DNA of 64,000 nt from Nitrosopumilaceae archaeon (GCA_965208905.1 OZ242365.1:608001-672000), one strand, 5' to 3'. Shown: positions 46,651 through 57,786, counted from the first letter of the stretch. The notes: generated by a model not told the origin, from the sequence alone. Made by a program: numbers and translations.

Positions 46651-48342
46651 ATGACATATTCTGTAGCAACACATACTATTCGTCATATGCTAGATCACGA
46701 TAAGTACGAGGTGCCACGATATCAGAGGGGATATGCATGGAGCGATAAACAAGTTGATCAATTCTGGGAAGATCTGGAATATGCAATGAGTATGAATAAA
46801 GATAAACATTTTTTTGGAACAATCTATACTGACGGTTTTGATAAGATACTTGATGGTCAACAGAGAATAACTACAGTATTTCTATTTTTACTAGCTGCCA
46901 AAAATTATCTAAAGACTAAAGATGCTAAAGATGATATGATCAATCGTTTGGAAAAACACCTGCTTAATGAAACAAAACCAAAGCTAATACTAAGCAAGTT
47001 CAATGACGAGTATTTTCAAGAATTAGTGAACGACAGCTCCAATATCAAGAGATCACCTAGTGACTTCGAAAATGATTCCAATTATAATATGTCTAAAGCA
47101 TATCGCAAGCTTCATGAAAAAATTACACAGTATGGAAATAAGAAAGGCTTGAACACTGTGAAAAAATTGATTGAAAAACTACTCCATGACTTTCAAGTAA
47201 TACAAGTTCTTGTTACGAACAGTTCTGATGCATACTCTATGTTCAACTTAGTAAATAATCGAGGCATACCTCTAAACCAATACGATCTAATTAGAAATCA
47301 CATCTTTGCCGAATTAGAGCAACTTAATGTAGATGAACGACAAATAGAAGATGTTGACAAAAAATGGAGCCAAATAGCTAAAAACACCCGTAAATCTACT
47401 AACTACACCATAGATGTATTTATCCAACATATTCTTAGTTTTAAACGTGATAATGTACCTGTCAAAGATATTTTTAAAGCATTAAAAAAGGAAGTTAAGC
47501 CAGGTGAGATGCTGAAATGGGTAGCTGACGCAAACGAATGGTCTACAATCGTCAAAACTCTACGCAAACCAAATGGTAATTTTTGTGATCATGCTGGAAG
47601 AAGCTATGATTCTGAAAGACACATCAAAAGGATAAACACTCTCGGCGCCGTCGCAGTGTATCCTCTTTTAATGGTGGGGTTTACCAAGTATTGGGATAAA
47701 AGAGATTATGCGTCATTTAACATATTGTCAGAGGTGTGTTTAAAGTACCATCTAGTAGCCAAAACCATAGGAAATGCAAGCGTTAGCGAATATCAGAATA
47801 GTTTATTCAAAATTGCTCGGAACTGCTACAAAAAAGATTGTGATGTAAATGAGATCATAGATGCACTCTGCGCTACACATTCGTATATCTCCGACAAAGA
47901 CTTGGAATCAATGCTTATGGCGTATAAACCTCGCCGCCAACCAGCGCTGATTCTTTTAGAACTTATCGAAGCAGAACATAGTGACACGATATCTCACAAT
48001 ACAGTAACAGTTGAACACATCATGCCAAAGACTATTGGCAAATGGCTAAAATACATCTGTAAAATTCATGATCAATGCTCTGATGAGTACGCTGAAGGCA
48101 TACATCAAAAATACTTTAATCGTCTGGGAAATTTAACCTTACTAAACAAAGTTCCAAACTCACGCTTGGGTGATAATTCTTTTGCAGTTAAATTGAAGAC
48201 ATATGGTAAGTCAAACTACCAAATAACAAAAGAAATTGCTAGTGAAGAACAATGGGGTCAAGCTCAAATTGAAAGAAGACAAAAGAAATTTGTTACAGAG
48301 CTTAAAAAAATATTAGATATAAAATCCTTACAAACAAAATAA
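46651..48342 (+). CDS. DUF262-DUF1524 protein (SspE / fused GmrSD-like nuclease)
   Basis: VPRYQRGYAW, DGQQR, NNRG; C-terminal VEHIMP..LGNLTLL..N HNH-like. Confidence 0.9.
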   Translation: MTYSVATHTIRHMLDHDKYEVPRYQRGYAWSDKQVDQFWEDLEYAMSMNKDKHFFGTIYTDGFDKILDGQQRITTVFLFLLAAKNYLKTKDAKDDMINRLEKHLLNETKPKLILSKFNDEYFQELVNDSSNIKRSPSDFENDSNYNMSKAYRKLHEKITQYGNKKGLNTVKKLIEKLLHDFQVIQVLVTNSSDAYSMFNLVNNRGIPLNQYDLIRNHIFAELEQLNVDERQIEDVDKKWSQIAKNTRKSTNYTIDVFIQHILSFKRDNVPVKDIFKALKKEVKPGEMLKWVADANEWSTIVKTLRKPNGNFCDHAGRSYDSERHIKRINTLGAVAVYPLLMVGFTKYWDKRDYASFNILSEVCLKYHLVAKTIGNASVSEYQNSLFKIARNCYKKDCDVNEIIDALCATHSYISDKDLESMLMAYKPRRQPALILLELIEAEHSDTISHNTVTVEHIMPKTIGKWLKYICKIHDQCSDEYAEGIHQKYFNRLGNLTLLNKVPNSRLGDNSFAVKLKTYGKSNYQITKEIASEEQWGQAQIERRQKKFVTELKKILDIKSLQTK

Positions 48343-48967
48343 GATTGAATGAAGCATTTTGATAATTTATAGCAAAGGTCTGATTTAATCAAGATCCAGT
48401 AATAAATGTACACTCTAACCTAAATTTGCGTGCCACTCATACTCTGAATTGTGGGGTATTATCAGTCCTAGATAATGCTGTTAATCCTGAATTGTCCAAC
48501 GTCGCCGAACCAAGCGACTAGATTGTGACTTGTAAAAAGGTCGGAACTGTCCTTGTCTTTAGGACCATTAATCTCAAACATAATATCATCCGTCAGTAAT
48601 GCCTTGGTGAATTTTAGAAATTTCTTGTTGCTCTGCCTGTTTTTTATAAATTTCTGGACATTTGTTATTGCAAGAATTTTTCTAAAATTTTATACATGGA
48701 TATACACTGTCTAATTACATTGGACAGTGCATATCAAACAAAATTCCCATAACCACACTGGAAGATTAGTTCGTATACAAAACAATAAAAATATGATACT
48801 ATACTGAGCGTAAACTTGTGTTTCAGCGCGTGAAATGCACACTTAAACAATAACAGTATAAAATAATTTTGCTAAAAACATACCAATTCCCATATTTTCT
48901 AATTTATTGACACATTTTTGAATATAATACAGGTTACGCACAGTCTCCAGTTTTACTTACCCAAATC

Positions 48968-49744
48968 TTATGCCCATGCTACAATTTTGTAATCTTGCTC
49001 GTAAAGTCCCAGAAATATGCCAAGAGTAATTCTTGGAGTGTCCCCTGTTACTCTTGTTACCTGATGATAGTATGCAGGATTAATAATAACCAAATCGCCC
49101 GTATTAATGCTAGACTCTCGCCAAGTGGAGATATCTTTAGGCAGTTCCAATGAATATCCAAAGTCAATGTTTCGAAGGCGCTCATCAGCCTTTTTCCATC
49201 GTCTGTTATGTATGATCAACTCTCCTCCACCCTCTGACTCTTGAAGATGGAGCACGCATGATATCTGATGGTCAATATTTGATAATGCATACTCCCTGCC
49301 CTCGTATGTCACATTGTCTTTATGAATTGGTATTGACATTCCTTTTTCGTGTATTCGAATTACAGCTTGTGAATAATAGTTTTGAAATTCATGCGCAAGA
49401 GAGACAGAATATTCTGGCAACATCTGGCCAACTGTATGATGTATGCGATATATTGGGTTGTTTATGCCACGAAAAATTTTTTTAAATATGTTTTGAGATT
49501 CTTTGGCACTTTTAAAATATTTTTTCTTGTTGGTTGTATGAGCCATTAGAAATGGACCTATATGTTTTAGTTTTCCATTTTGAAACGTACTATTATTACA
49601 TTTTTTTATATTATCAACTGCAATTTGACATTCTTTCTTGTTATAAAATCCACGGACTATTATCATCGGATTTTTCCCAGATATAAGACACCATAAGTCT
49701 GTATTATTTATCTGCGAATAATCAACTATTTTGGATGCCCACAT
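48968..49744 (-). CDS. 2OG-Fe(II) oxygenase
   Basis: HKD...H...R motif; GGEL. Confidence 0.8.
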   Translation of the reverse strand: MWASKIVDYSQINNTDLWCLISGKNPMIIVRGFYNKKECQIAVDNIKKCNNSTFQNGKLKHIGPFLMAHTTNKKKYFKSAKESQNIFKKIFRGINNPIYRIHHTVGQMLPEYSVSLAHEFQNYYSQAVIRIHEKGMSIPIHKDNVTYEGREYALSNIDHQISCVLHLQESEGGGELIIHNRRWKKADERLRNIDFGYSLELPKDISTWRESSINTGDLVIINPAYYHQVTRVTGDTPRITLGIFLGLYEQDYKIVAWA

Positions 49745-50031
49745 CAGTATCCGCCAGCGCCTGAATGCGACACTCTCCCCAAAAGTACCCCAGCCGCATC
49801 CCTCTTCTCAACTTCACATTTTAGAAAAGCATCAATCACGGACTCTTTTAGTGATTCTTTGGTCCAACTGCTCATATCGTACGGCATGCCCGGCAAGTTC
49901 GCAGAAGTTATGGTCACTCTTTCATTATCTGAATAATCACCCCTGTTTCCATCCTTTCTGTGCGTTACGTTTAGGACAAATGAGTTGTTAGATAGCACAT
50001 CAGAGCCATTTCCCCATATTATATCTGTCAT
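49744..50031 (-). CDS. Small hypothetical protein, possible degenerate SNase OB-fold
   Basis: 95 aa, coupled to the oxygenase; RDAAGVLLGRV resembles D.YGR.LA.V. Confidence 0.6.
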   Translation of the reverse strand: MTDIIWGNGSDVLSNNSFVLNVTHRKDGNRGDYSDNERVTITSANLPGMPYDMSSWTKESLKESVIDAFLKCEVEKRDAAGVLLGRVSHSGAGGY

Positions 50032-51012
50032 GATACACTTTGTTGTTTTTTCATATATTAATAGTACTAAAGAGTGTTAGTTTTGGCACTAGAAGATTTT
50101 TACCTCTATACATTGATAAATTTCATCATTGTTCCGTATTTTTAAAATAATTATTTTGTAATAATTTTGTGATTTAGAGACTGACGAACTGCCATAATAT
50201 GCTTGCAATACCAGTGGCGCCCCTTCATTCCACGTATTGCAAAATCGGTACATGTGCATAGCTAGAATTTCTTAAATCTACACACCTCGTAGGATTTGTC
50301 ACCTGTTTCAGATTCAACAACAAACATTTCTAGATATGGCTTCTTGACAAGATTTGCTTCATATGTCTCACTTCCACGTTTTTAGCGTGCATCTTTCTCG
50401 TCTGGCTCTATAATGTGTACACTATATCATCACTGAAAACATTTTTAAAAAATTAAGGGAATTATATACAAAAGCGACAACTACTAATGTTATCTAACGT
50501 TCTGAGGTACAGTACATGCTTGACTGAGATCAGTAATTAATATTATAAGGTCACTTTTGTATGTAATTCCCAAAATTAACACCTTGTATAATAACTAGCC
50601 GCCTAATCTATTACAACTATAGATCATCAACTATCTTTGATCCATTCATTACTTCGTCTACCTCTATACCTATTTCTGCTAGTTCACGTAAAATTTTTGA
50701 TGCAGGTGCATTTTGTATACTCTCGTTTGCAATATGATTAAATTTTACTACCTCCTCTCATATTTTGATATATTAATTAAAATTTTATACACGTGGTTCT
50801 TGTGAACATTTGAAGGTTATCTGGATTCTACAATTTCAGAGCTCGTGTCTTTGGTCAGGGTAGCCAGTTTTATCTATATTGTACGAGAATCAGACCGCAC
50901 TAATTTGAAGAGGTACGCGAAAGACTACTTTAGGCCTTATCAACAAGGTGGATTGAGGAGTAGGTTGTTTTCATGCAACAAGTTCTTAAACCATCTTTAC
51001 CACGCTCTTGAT

Positions 51013-52329
51013 GTGCCTGCTAATTATAAGATCCCCGATCCCATTCACGGACATCTTAACGTTCCAGACTGGCTGATAGAGATCGAAAACTCTCCACCAA
51101 TAAGACGTATGCTGAGCATCAGACAGCTGGGGCTAAAATCGATCATAGATTTTCCCGGTGCGATTCACACTAGATATGGCCATGCACTCGGCGCCATGCA
51201 CCTGTCTGGACTTTTGGTGGATAGATTGTCTGAAAAAATCCAGAATGATGGACGAAGTAAAATTGCTGAAAACCTGAAAAACAACAAAAACAACCTTATG
51301 GCTGCAGGACTGCTCCATGACATTGCGCACGGTCCTTTTTCTCATGCAGTAGATTTTGTTTTGAGACAAACCTCGCAGATAACTCATGAGGAACTTGCAG
51401 AACAAGTAATCTGCAACGATCTTGCCGAGCCGCTTACAAACCATGGGATCACCCCGGAATCTGTGGTCAAGATAATCAACAACACTCACGACTTCAAATT
51501 CGTCTCAGGGATAATCAATGGTCCAATAGATATTGACAAGCTTGATTACCTTTTGCGTGATGCACACCATGTTGGCCTGAAATACGGCTTTGATCTGGAA
51601 CATTTTGTGGACTCGTATACAGTCCTTGGAGACGACTCTGAGCTGAACAAATGCATGCTGGGACTGGAAAATACCCATGCGGCCTTGGTTACTTCTGAGA
51701 TCTTCGTGCTGATCTGGAAAAGCATGTACGATCTAGTCTACCATGTCCAAGATTCTAGGATTGCAGAGAAGATGCTTGAGAAGGCCACGCTGCTGGGTAT
51801 TGACGAAGATGATGAGCTAAAACAGTGTTTTGTAGACAAGAATACTCTTTTAACCTTGGACGACGATAAACTGCTCCACTTGCTTAGTCAGTCCAAACAT
51901 CATTACACAAAGGTATTAGAAGAAAAAATACGTAATAGGAAGTTGTTTGTACCAATGAATGAGATTATGCTTTATGAAACCACAGACATCAATGACAAGT
52001 TTATATCAAGGGTTACAACAGCCCCGTCTCATGAAATAGATCAGATGAGCGACCGACTGAGCTCCGCACTATCAAGCGAACTGGGCTTGGAGAAGTACCA
52101 TGCCATCTGCGACATTGTAAAGTCTCGAGCCCCATCCGATATATTCATACGGAACAGTGAATCCGATGCTGGTGAGCCTGAAAACTTAAGGGAAAAATCA
52201 GACATCATCAAGGCGATCAAGCAAAGGACTACGATGAGAATCTACATGGATCCCGCCCAAGTCGAGCCCACAAAAAATCTTTTAAAGGAAAAAATAATCA
52301 CCGTAATAGATGCGGAGGCAAATGTATAA
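51013..52329 (+). CDS. HD-domain phosphohydrolase (SAMHD1/YwfO-like dNTPase family)
   Basis: IPDPIHG, IRQLG, HTRYGHALG, LLHDIAHGPFSH, DIDKLDY; GTG 51013 preferred over 50845. Confidence 0.9.
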   Translation: MPANYKIPDPIHGHLNVPDWLIEIENSPPIRRMLSIRQLGLKSIIDFPGAIHTRYGHALGAMHLSGLLVDRLSEKIQNDGRSKIAENLKNNKNNLMAAGLLHDIAHGPFSHAVDFVLRQTSQITHEELAEQVICNDLAEPLTNHGITPESVVKIINNTHDFKFVSGIINGPIDIDKLDYLLRDAHHVGLKYGFDLEHFVDSYTVLGDDSELNKCMLGLENTHAALVTSEIFVLIWKSMYDLVYHVQDSRIAEKMLEKATLLGIDEDDELKQCFVDKNTLLTLDDDKLLHLLSQSKHHYTKVLEEKIRNRKLFVPMNEIMLYETTDINDKFISRVTTAPSHEIDQMSDRLSSALSSELGLEKYHAICDIVKSRAPSDIFIRNSESDAGEPENLREKSDIIKAIKQRTTMRIYMDPAQVEPTKNLLKEKIITVIDAEANV

Positions 52330-52742
52330 TGATCACAATTAAAGATCTGCACTTTCTACTGAAAATAATTGAACAATCAGGTACTGTCGGGGGCCGCAAG
52401 AGATTCCAGAAAACCGTCTGTGTGTTGAAACACAGAGATGACATCCCACTGGGCTTTGATTTTGTTCCGTACTATTATGGCCCGTATTCAGAGACGCTTG
52501 CAGGAACGATCCAGTCTCTGGTAGGCGCCGGATATGTGTATGAAAAACCTGTGGAAATCGGAGTTGGGGTATTCAAGTACGAATATTCACTGACCGAACA
52601 AGGGAAGCAAGAGATACAGCACGTTGAAACAAAAGGCGATATCGGCGGTGTTTCAGTCAGCGATCTGCAAAACAAAATTGTTGAAATCAACAAAATGAAA
52701 CTAGATGACTTGGTGAGGCTTTCAAAAACCCTAGATTTATGA
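52329..52742 (+). CDS. YwgA/DUF4065-like winged-helix protein
   Basis: GRKRFQK..F.PYYYGPYS..Y.LTEQG; start overlaps the HD stop. Confidence 0.75.
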   Translation: MITIKDLHFLLKIIEQSGTVGGRKRFQKTVCVLKHRDDIPLGFDFVPYYYGPYSETLAGTIQSLVGAGYVYEKPVEIGVGVFKYEYSLTEQGKQEIQHVETKGDIGGVSVSDLQNKIVEINKMKLDDLVRLSKTLDL

Positions 52743-52866
52743 ACAATACAATACCCAACGCCAAATGAGGCGTATGCCTAAACTCAACAATACAACCACG
52801 CATCTGTCCAAGAGTATACAATCCAAACACAAACAGCCATAAATCTCTAAAACCAGACATATAACT

Positions 52867-54039
52867 ATGCAAGTGGGACTGCTGGGCAAGGCTAATGTGG
52901 GCAAGTCAACCTTCTTTGCTGCAGCTACTGAGAGTGATGTCGCAACAGGAAACTTCCCATTTACAACCATATCCCCAAATGTGGGTGTGGCCCATGTTCG
53001 GGTTGAATGTCCATGTAAACACTTTGAGATGGAACACCCTAGTGACATATGCAATGATGGTACACGTCTGGTTCCAATAAAACTGATAGATGTGGCAGGC
53101 CTGGTACCAGGAGCCCACGCCGGCAAAGGACTAGGAAATCAATTTTTAGATGATGCTCGCCAAGCAGCCATACTGATACATGTGGTTGATGTTGCTGGCA
53201 GTACCGACATACAGGGGCAGCCCGTGCCACCCGGAACACATGACCCACTAAAGGATGTACAATTCATTCAAGAAGAGTTTGACATGTGGTTTCTAAATAT
53301 AATACAGCGAGAGTGGGACAAGCTATGCCGGGAAGTGAACCAAAAGAGGGTAAAGGTTGCAGAAGGCATAGCCAATCGCTTTACCGGACTTGGTGTGCGC
53401 CAGAGTGATGTGCAGTCCACACTACAGGAACTGAATCTAATCTCCAAGTCTCCAAAAGAGTGGTCTGATGATGATATACATGATATGGCGCGCCATCTAC
53501 GCCATTCTACAAAACCAATCCTGGTGGCCGCCAACAAGGCCGACTTGGCTGATAACCCAAATGTTATACCTGATGCAATTCCATGCAGTGCCGAGACCGA
53601 ACTGATACTTCGGCGCGCCGCAAAGGCCAAGATAATCTCGTATACCCCGGGAGATGCCTCCTTTGAATACATCTCACCCCAAATATCCGACCCACAAAGA
53701 AGGGCACTAAACATAGTAAAGTCCGTACTAGATAAACTCGGCTCCACAGGTATACAAAAGGCACTGAACTCGGCCATATTTGACAAGTTGAACCTAATCA
53801 CTGCATATCCTGTGGAGGATGAGACTCGTCTTACCAACAAGGATGGTGTCGTTCTTCCAGATGTGTTACTACTGCCACAAGGCTCTACGGCCAAGGATTT
53901 GGCATACATGGTACACACTGATATCGGAAAAGGATTTCTATACGGAATAGACTGCAAGACACATCAGCGAATAGGCGCCGATCACACAATACAAGATGGC
54001 GATGTCATAAAGATAGTATCTGCGGGGGCGAGAAATTAA
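52867..54039 (+). CDS. ychF: YchF/Obg-family translation-associated GTPase/ATPase
   Basis: GKANVGKST, FPFTT, DVAG, NKAD; TGS domain. Confidence 0.92.
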   Translation: MQVGLLGKANVGKSTFFAAATESDVATGNFPFTTISPNVGVAHVRVECPCKHFEMEHPSDICNDGTRLVPIKLIDVAGLVPGAHAGKGLGNQFLDDARQAAILIHVVDVAGSTDIQGQPVPPGTHDPLKDVQFIQEEFDMWFLNIIQREWDKLCREVNQKRVKVAEGIANRFTGLGVRQSDVQSTLQELNLISKSPKEWSDDDIHDMARHLRHSTKPILVAANKADLADNPNVIPDAIPCSAETELILRRAAKAKIISYTPGDASFEYISPQISDPQRRALNIVKSVLDKLGSTGIQKALNSAIFDKLNLITAYPVEDETRLTNKDGVVLPDVLLLPQGSTAKDLAYMVHTDIGKGFLYGIDCKTHQRIGADHTIQDGDVIKIVSAGARN

Positions 54040-54040
54040 A

Positions 54041-55033
54041 CTGATCACGCTGGGAATTGAGAGCACTGCGCACACTATCTCCTGCGGAATACTACACAAC
54101 AATACCATACTATCTGATGTGCGCAGCATATATCGCCCACCTCAAGGAGAAGGAATACATCCCCGGGAAGCATCCCGGCACCATGTAGAGAAGGGACCCG
54201 GCGTCCTTGCAGAGTGCCTAAAAGAGGCTGGCATAAGCATGAATGATGTAGATGTCATATCCTATGCTGGCGGACCAGGTCTTGGTCCCTGCCTGCGGGT
54301 GGGTGCCGTGATGGCCCGTGCACTTTCTATACATTACAAGACACCCATCTATCCGGTACACCATGCCATAGGGCATATAGATTTAGGGAGGATACTGACA
54401 GGCGCCACAGACCCGCTTGTATTATTGGTCTCTGGAGGTCATACGATGATTCTAGCATTTTTGTCAGGACAGTGGCGAGTCTTTGGAGAGACGCTGGACA
54501 TAACACTGGGTCAACTGCTGGATCAATTTGGTCGCTCGCTGGGATTAGCCTCCCCATGTGGCCAAAAGATAGAAAGAATGGCGCAGCAGGATGAAGTATA
54601 CGCCGCGCTGCCCTATACTGTACGGGGCAATGATGTCTCATTCTCAGGGCTACTATCCGCAGCAAAGTCCCTTACCAAGTCAGTGGGGAATGATCGCACA
54701 TGCTACTCATTACAAGAGACCGCTTTTGCCATGATCGCCGAAGCCGTAGAAAGGGCCCTGTCTCTCACAGGAAAGACAGAGTTGATGATTGTGGGGGGAG
54801 TAGCCGCCAACCAGAGACTCTCAAGTATGCTGCATGAGGCCTGCAGCCGTCATGACTGTACGTTCTATGCAGTGCCGCCCAAGTATGCTGGTGACTGTGG
54901 CATACAGATAGCTGCCACTGGAATGCTGGAGTCCACAGTAAAGAACCCAGCCCGTATACAGGACACGTTCATCCAACAGTCATGGAGGCTGGACTCTGTC
55001 GTTATACACTATTCTGCATCCATGGCATCCTGA
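54041..55033 (+). CDS. kae1: KEOPS tRNA threonylcarbamoyltransferase Kae1 (non-canonical start)
   Basis: ITLGIESTAHT, GPGLGPCL, H..GH, VSGGHT, GGVAAN. Confidence 0.93.
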   Translation: MITLGIESTAHTISCGILHNNTILSDVRSIYRPPQGEGIHPREASRHHVEKGPGVLAECLKEAGISMNDVDVISYAGGPGLGPCLRVGAVMARALSIHYKTPIYPVHHAIGHIDLGRILTGATDPLVLLVSGGHTMILAFLSGQWRVFGETLDITLGQLLDQFGRSLGLASPCGQKIERMAQQDEVYAALPYTVRGNDVSFSGLLSAAKSLTKSVGNDRTCYSLQETAFAMIAEAVERALSLTGKTELMIVGGVAANQRLSSMLHEACSRHDCTFYAVPPKYAGDCGIQIAATGMLESTVKNPARIQDTFIQQSWRLDSVVIHYSASMAS

Positions 55034-55359
55034 ATTGCATCTGTCCATCCTCCTGGACTTAGAACGCCAAACTTGTAGGTGTCTTTCCCCACCAAAATAC
55101 ACGTCTTCTTCATCAGTAACCCCTCTTTCCAGACCTTTTTGACATCCGATAATGGTACGTCAATTATGGTATCGCCCATGTGCTTTGAAAAGTCCATAAT
55201 TCTGGCCCGGGTCTTGTCAAAAGCTATGCGTCTGTTTGTCAATGTCAGTATGCCAGCACCCAATTTGTCTTCATGGCAGTCTTCCTGACGGAGTTTCTTT
55301 TCACCCTCTTCCATTCTGTGTTGTATATGTGTGGATACATTATAAAGCTCTTTGCGCAA
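55009..55359 (-). CDS. Small PH/GRAM-like domain protein
   Basis: G.LTLTNRRIAF..IDVPLSDVKKV..W..AI. Confidence 0.65.
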   Translation of the reverse strand: MRKELYNVSTHIQHRMEEGEKKLRQEDCHEDKLGAGILTLTNRRIAFDKTRARIMDFSKHMGDTIIDVPLSDVKKVWKEGLLMKKTCILVGKDTYKFGVLSPGGWTDAIQDAMDAE

Positions 55360-55494
55360 GACCAGCAGAGTATAGCGTCTTAAAAAATAACACTGCCAAG
55401 ATGTTTAATATTATAAAGTCCAGACTATCGGCGTGGAGATTCTTCAATATGTACACCTACACTGATTAAATATGCCTCATACCAACTGGGCGAT

Positions 55495-56106
55495 GTGCAA
55501 CTGATAAAACGAGGAGCCGAAGCCGACATATATCGCGCACAGTGGTTTGGCAGAGATGCCATTCTAAAGACACGCAACCCCAAATCATACAGGAACATTG
55601 AGCTGGATACGCGACTTCGCCGCCAAAGAACCATTCGCGAAGCTAACATGCTACATTTGGTAAAGTCGCTAGGCATACACTCGCCTCTGGTATACTTTGT
55701 CAACACCAAACAACACACAATAGTCATGCAGTACATTGAGGGCAAGTCCATTCACTCTCTAAATAATAGTGAGATTCTATCCCACTGTGATCTGATGGGC
55801 CAATACACCGGACTACTGCATTCTGCTGGTATAATGCATGGCGACCTTACCACCTCCAACTTTCTGTACGGTGATAGATTATACCTGATAGATATGGGCC
55901 TCTCGTCCCGTACTACAAAGCCCGAAGACTGGGCTGTTGACATGCGGCTTATAAAAGAGATATTCAATAGTGCCCACGCTGATATAGTACACGAGGCGTG
56001 GGATAAATTAACAAGTGGATACGCCAAGACAATGCCCCAATGGAGACGTGTTCTAAAGATAACGTCGGATATAGAGCAACGTGGGAGGTATGCCCGAGTT
56101 GTCTGA
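55495..56106 (+). CDS. bud32: KEOPS kinase/ATPase Bud32
   Basis: GAEA, HGDLTTSN, IDMGL. Confidence 0.93.
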   Translation: MQLIKRGAEADIYRAQWFGRDAILKTRNPKSYRNIELDTRLRRQRTIREANMLHLVKSLGIHSPLVYFVNTKQHTIVMQYIEGKSIHSLNNSEILSHCDLMGQYTGLLHSAGIMHGDLTTSNFLYGDRLYLIDMGLSSRTTKPEDWAVDMRLIKEIFNSAHADIVHEAWDKLTSGYAKTMPQWRRVLKITSDIEQRGRYARVV

Positions 56107-56647
56107 TGTATACTTTGTATCATCAAACCATCATAAGTTTCAAGAGGTGCATAGTATACTGGACAGACTACACATAACGGTCCGATATAACAAAGCAACG
56201 CTACCCGAGATACAGTCTGCATCATTATACGATATAGCCCGCCATAAGGCTGCGCATGCCTACACACTACTGAGTAGTCCGGTAATAGTCGAAGATGCAG
56301 GTCTGTTTATAGACGAACTGAATGGGTTTCCTGGACCCTACTCTTCTTTTGTGTTTGATACCATAGGAAATGAGGGCATACTGAATTTGGTAAAGTCAGA
56401 TAGAAGTGCAACGTTTTCATCTGTGGTCGCGTACAGTGATGGCCACACACAAAAGTGTTTTTCAGGCAATATACATGGTATGATATCAAAAGAGATTATG
56501 GGTACGGGGTGGGGCTATGATCCTATATTTGTCCCTGACGGCTCGGATAGTACATTGGCCCAGCTAGACAAAGACTCGCTCTCACATAGACATCTATCTT
56601 TGGAGTCGTTTGCTGCATGGTTTACATCCCATCAACGAACCATCTAG
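56090..56647 (+). CDS. rdgB: Non-canonical purine NTP pyrophosphatase (RdgB/HAM1)
   Basis: SSN.HK, VEDAGL, GFPGPY, WGYDPIF, SHR. Confidence 0.93.
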   Translation: MPELSDVYFVSSNHHKFQEVHSILDRLHITVRYNKATLPEIQSASLYDIARHKAAHAYTLLSSPVIVEDAGLFIDELNGFPGPYSSFVFDTIGNEGILNLVKSDRSATFSSVVAYSDGHTQKCFSGNIHGMISKEIMGTGWGYDPIFVPDGSDSTLAQLDKDSLSHRHLSLESFAAWFTSHQRTI

Positions 56648-56742
56648 TTTGGGTTCCTACCGCACAACAGTGGTGTATCAGACACTTGCATTTTAGTAAG
56701 TTGGGCTGTACTGTCTTTGTATATTAGCTCCAAAAATTCACC

Positions 56743-57786
56743 TGTATTATGTCGAAATTATTTCGCCTAGTCATCGGTGTCCCTCTCCATCCATTCTAAG
56801 TCACTCTTCCTGACATCATCTGGTACTTTTTTGTTGTGAAATGCCTGTAGCGGGGTCTCGCCATTGTTTATGTCTAAAGACCAGTGCAGTCGCACCTCGT
56901 TGTAGTACGCGACAAACTCCGCTAGGCTGCCAAAATGACATAGTTCTTCTTCCAAGGTGCGGTGGAACCGTTCAAGCTTGCCGTTTGTTTGTGGGTGGTA
57001 GGGGCGGGTGTTGATCAACTCAATACCCCGGTCAAGCAGCTCTGCCTCAAATATAGTGGGGGTCCATGATTTTGCAGGAATCTTTCTTCTCACACCCACA
57101 AAGCACGATCCGTTGTCGGAGAGTATGGTGGCCGGGGTTCCAAACTCAACAATGCTATTTTGCAGGACTGTTACCGCGTTCTCGGATGTGGCCCCCTTGA
57201 ATATCATGGCTCCAACCACACATCTTGACGCATCATCAAGATATGTGATTAATTGGTAGCCTTGAAAACGTGGATCTTTCATCGCATGCCAGTCCGTATG
57301 CCACATCGCATTGGAGTATCTGCGCTCATAGCGTATCCATTTACGCCTGCGCGATTTTGCTGCAGATGGAGTGACCATATTGTTTTCTTTCATGATTGTG
57401 TATACCGTTTTTTCACTTATTTGTATGCCCTTGTGATTTAAGTACTTGGTGATCCTTGTGACGCCTGCTGGCATTATACGATGTGCTGCTAGTACGACGT
57501 TGGTTTGCTCCTCGGTGGGAGGAATCTTGGGTCTGCCTGGCATTTGTAGTGTGGGAATCTTGCCCGTTGCACGATACATTGCCCAGAGTTGTTGTACGCG
57601 TCTCTGGCTAATCTTCATCTCTGTAGCAATGTGTGATGTACTACTACCTTTCCTGCATTGTCGAATGATATAATCTATCTGCTTCTGTGTCAGATTGACT
57701 CTCATGGGTTTGCGTGATCTATATAGACTAAAATATTCTTTGGTTGGCAGTCTAAAGTTAGGGCGAACTAATTTCCGCACAATAGA
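56743..57786 (-). mobile_element. IS481-family element (transposase ends 56767)
   Basis: WHTDW, LDDASR, SDNG, ERF; imperfect 25-bp IRs; flanking DR GCTCCAAAAATTCACC. Confidence 0.92.

Noticed and set aside
46477-46653. Short ORF resembling a duplicate DUF262 N-terminus
   Set aside because: Too short and degenerate to support
50845-51012. N-terminal extension of the HD protein
   Set aside because: The family motif begins right after GTG 51013, which has a TATA-like box ~25 bp upstream
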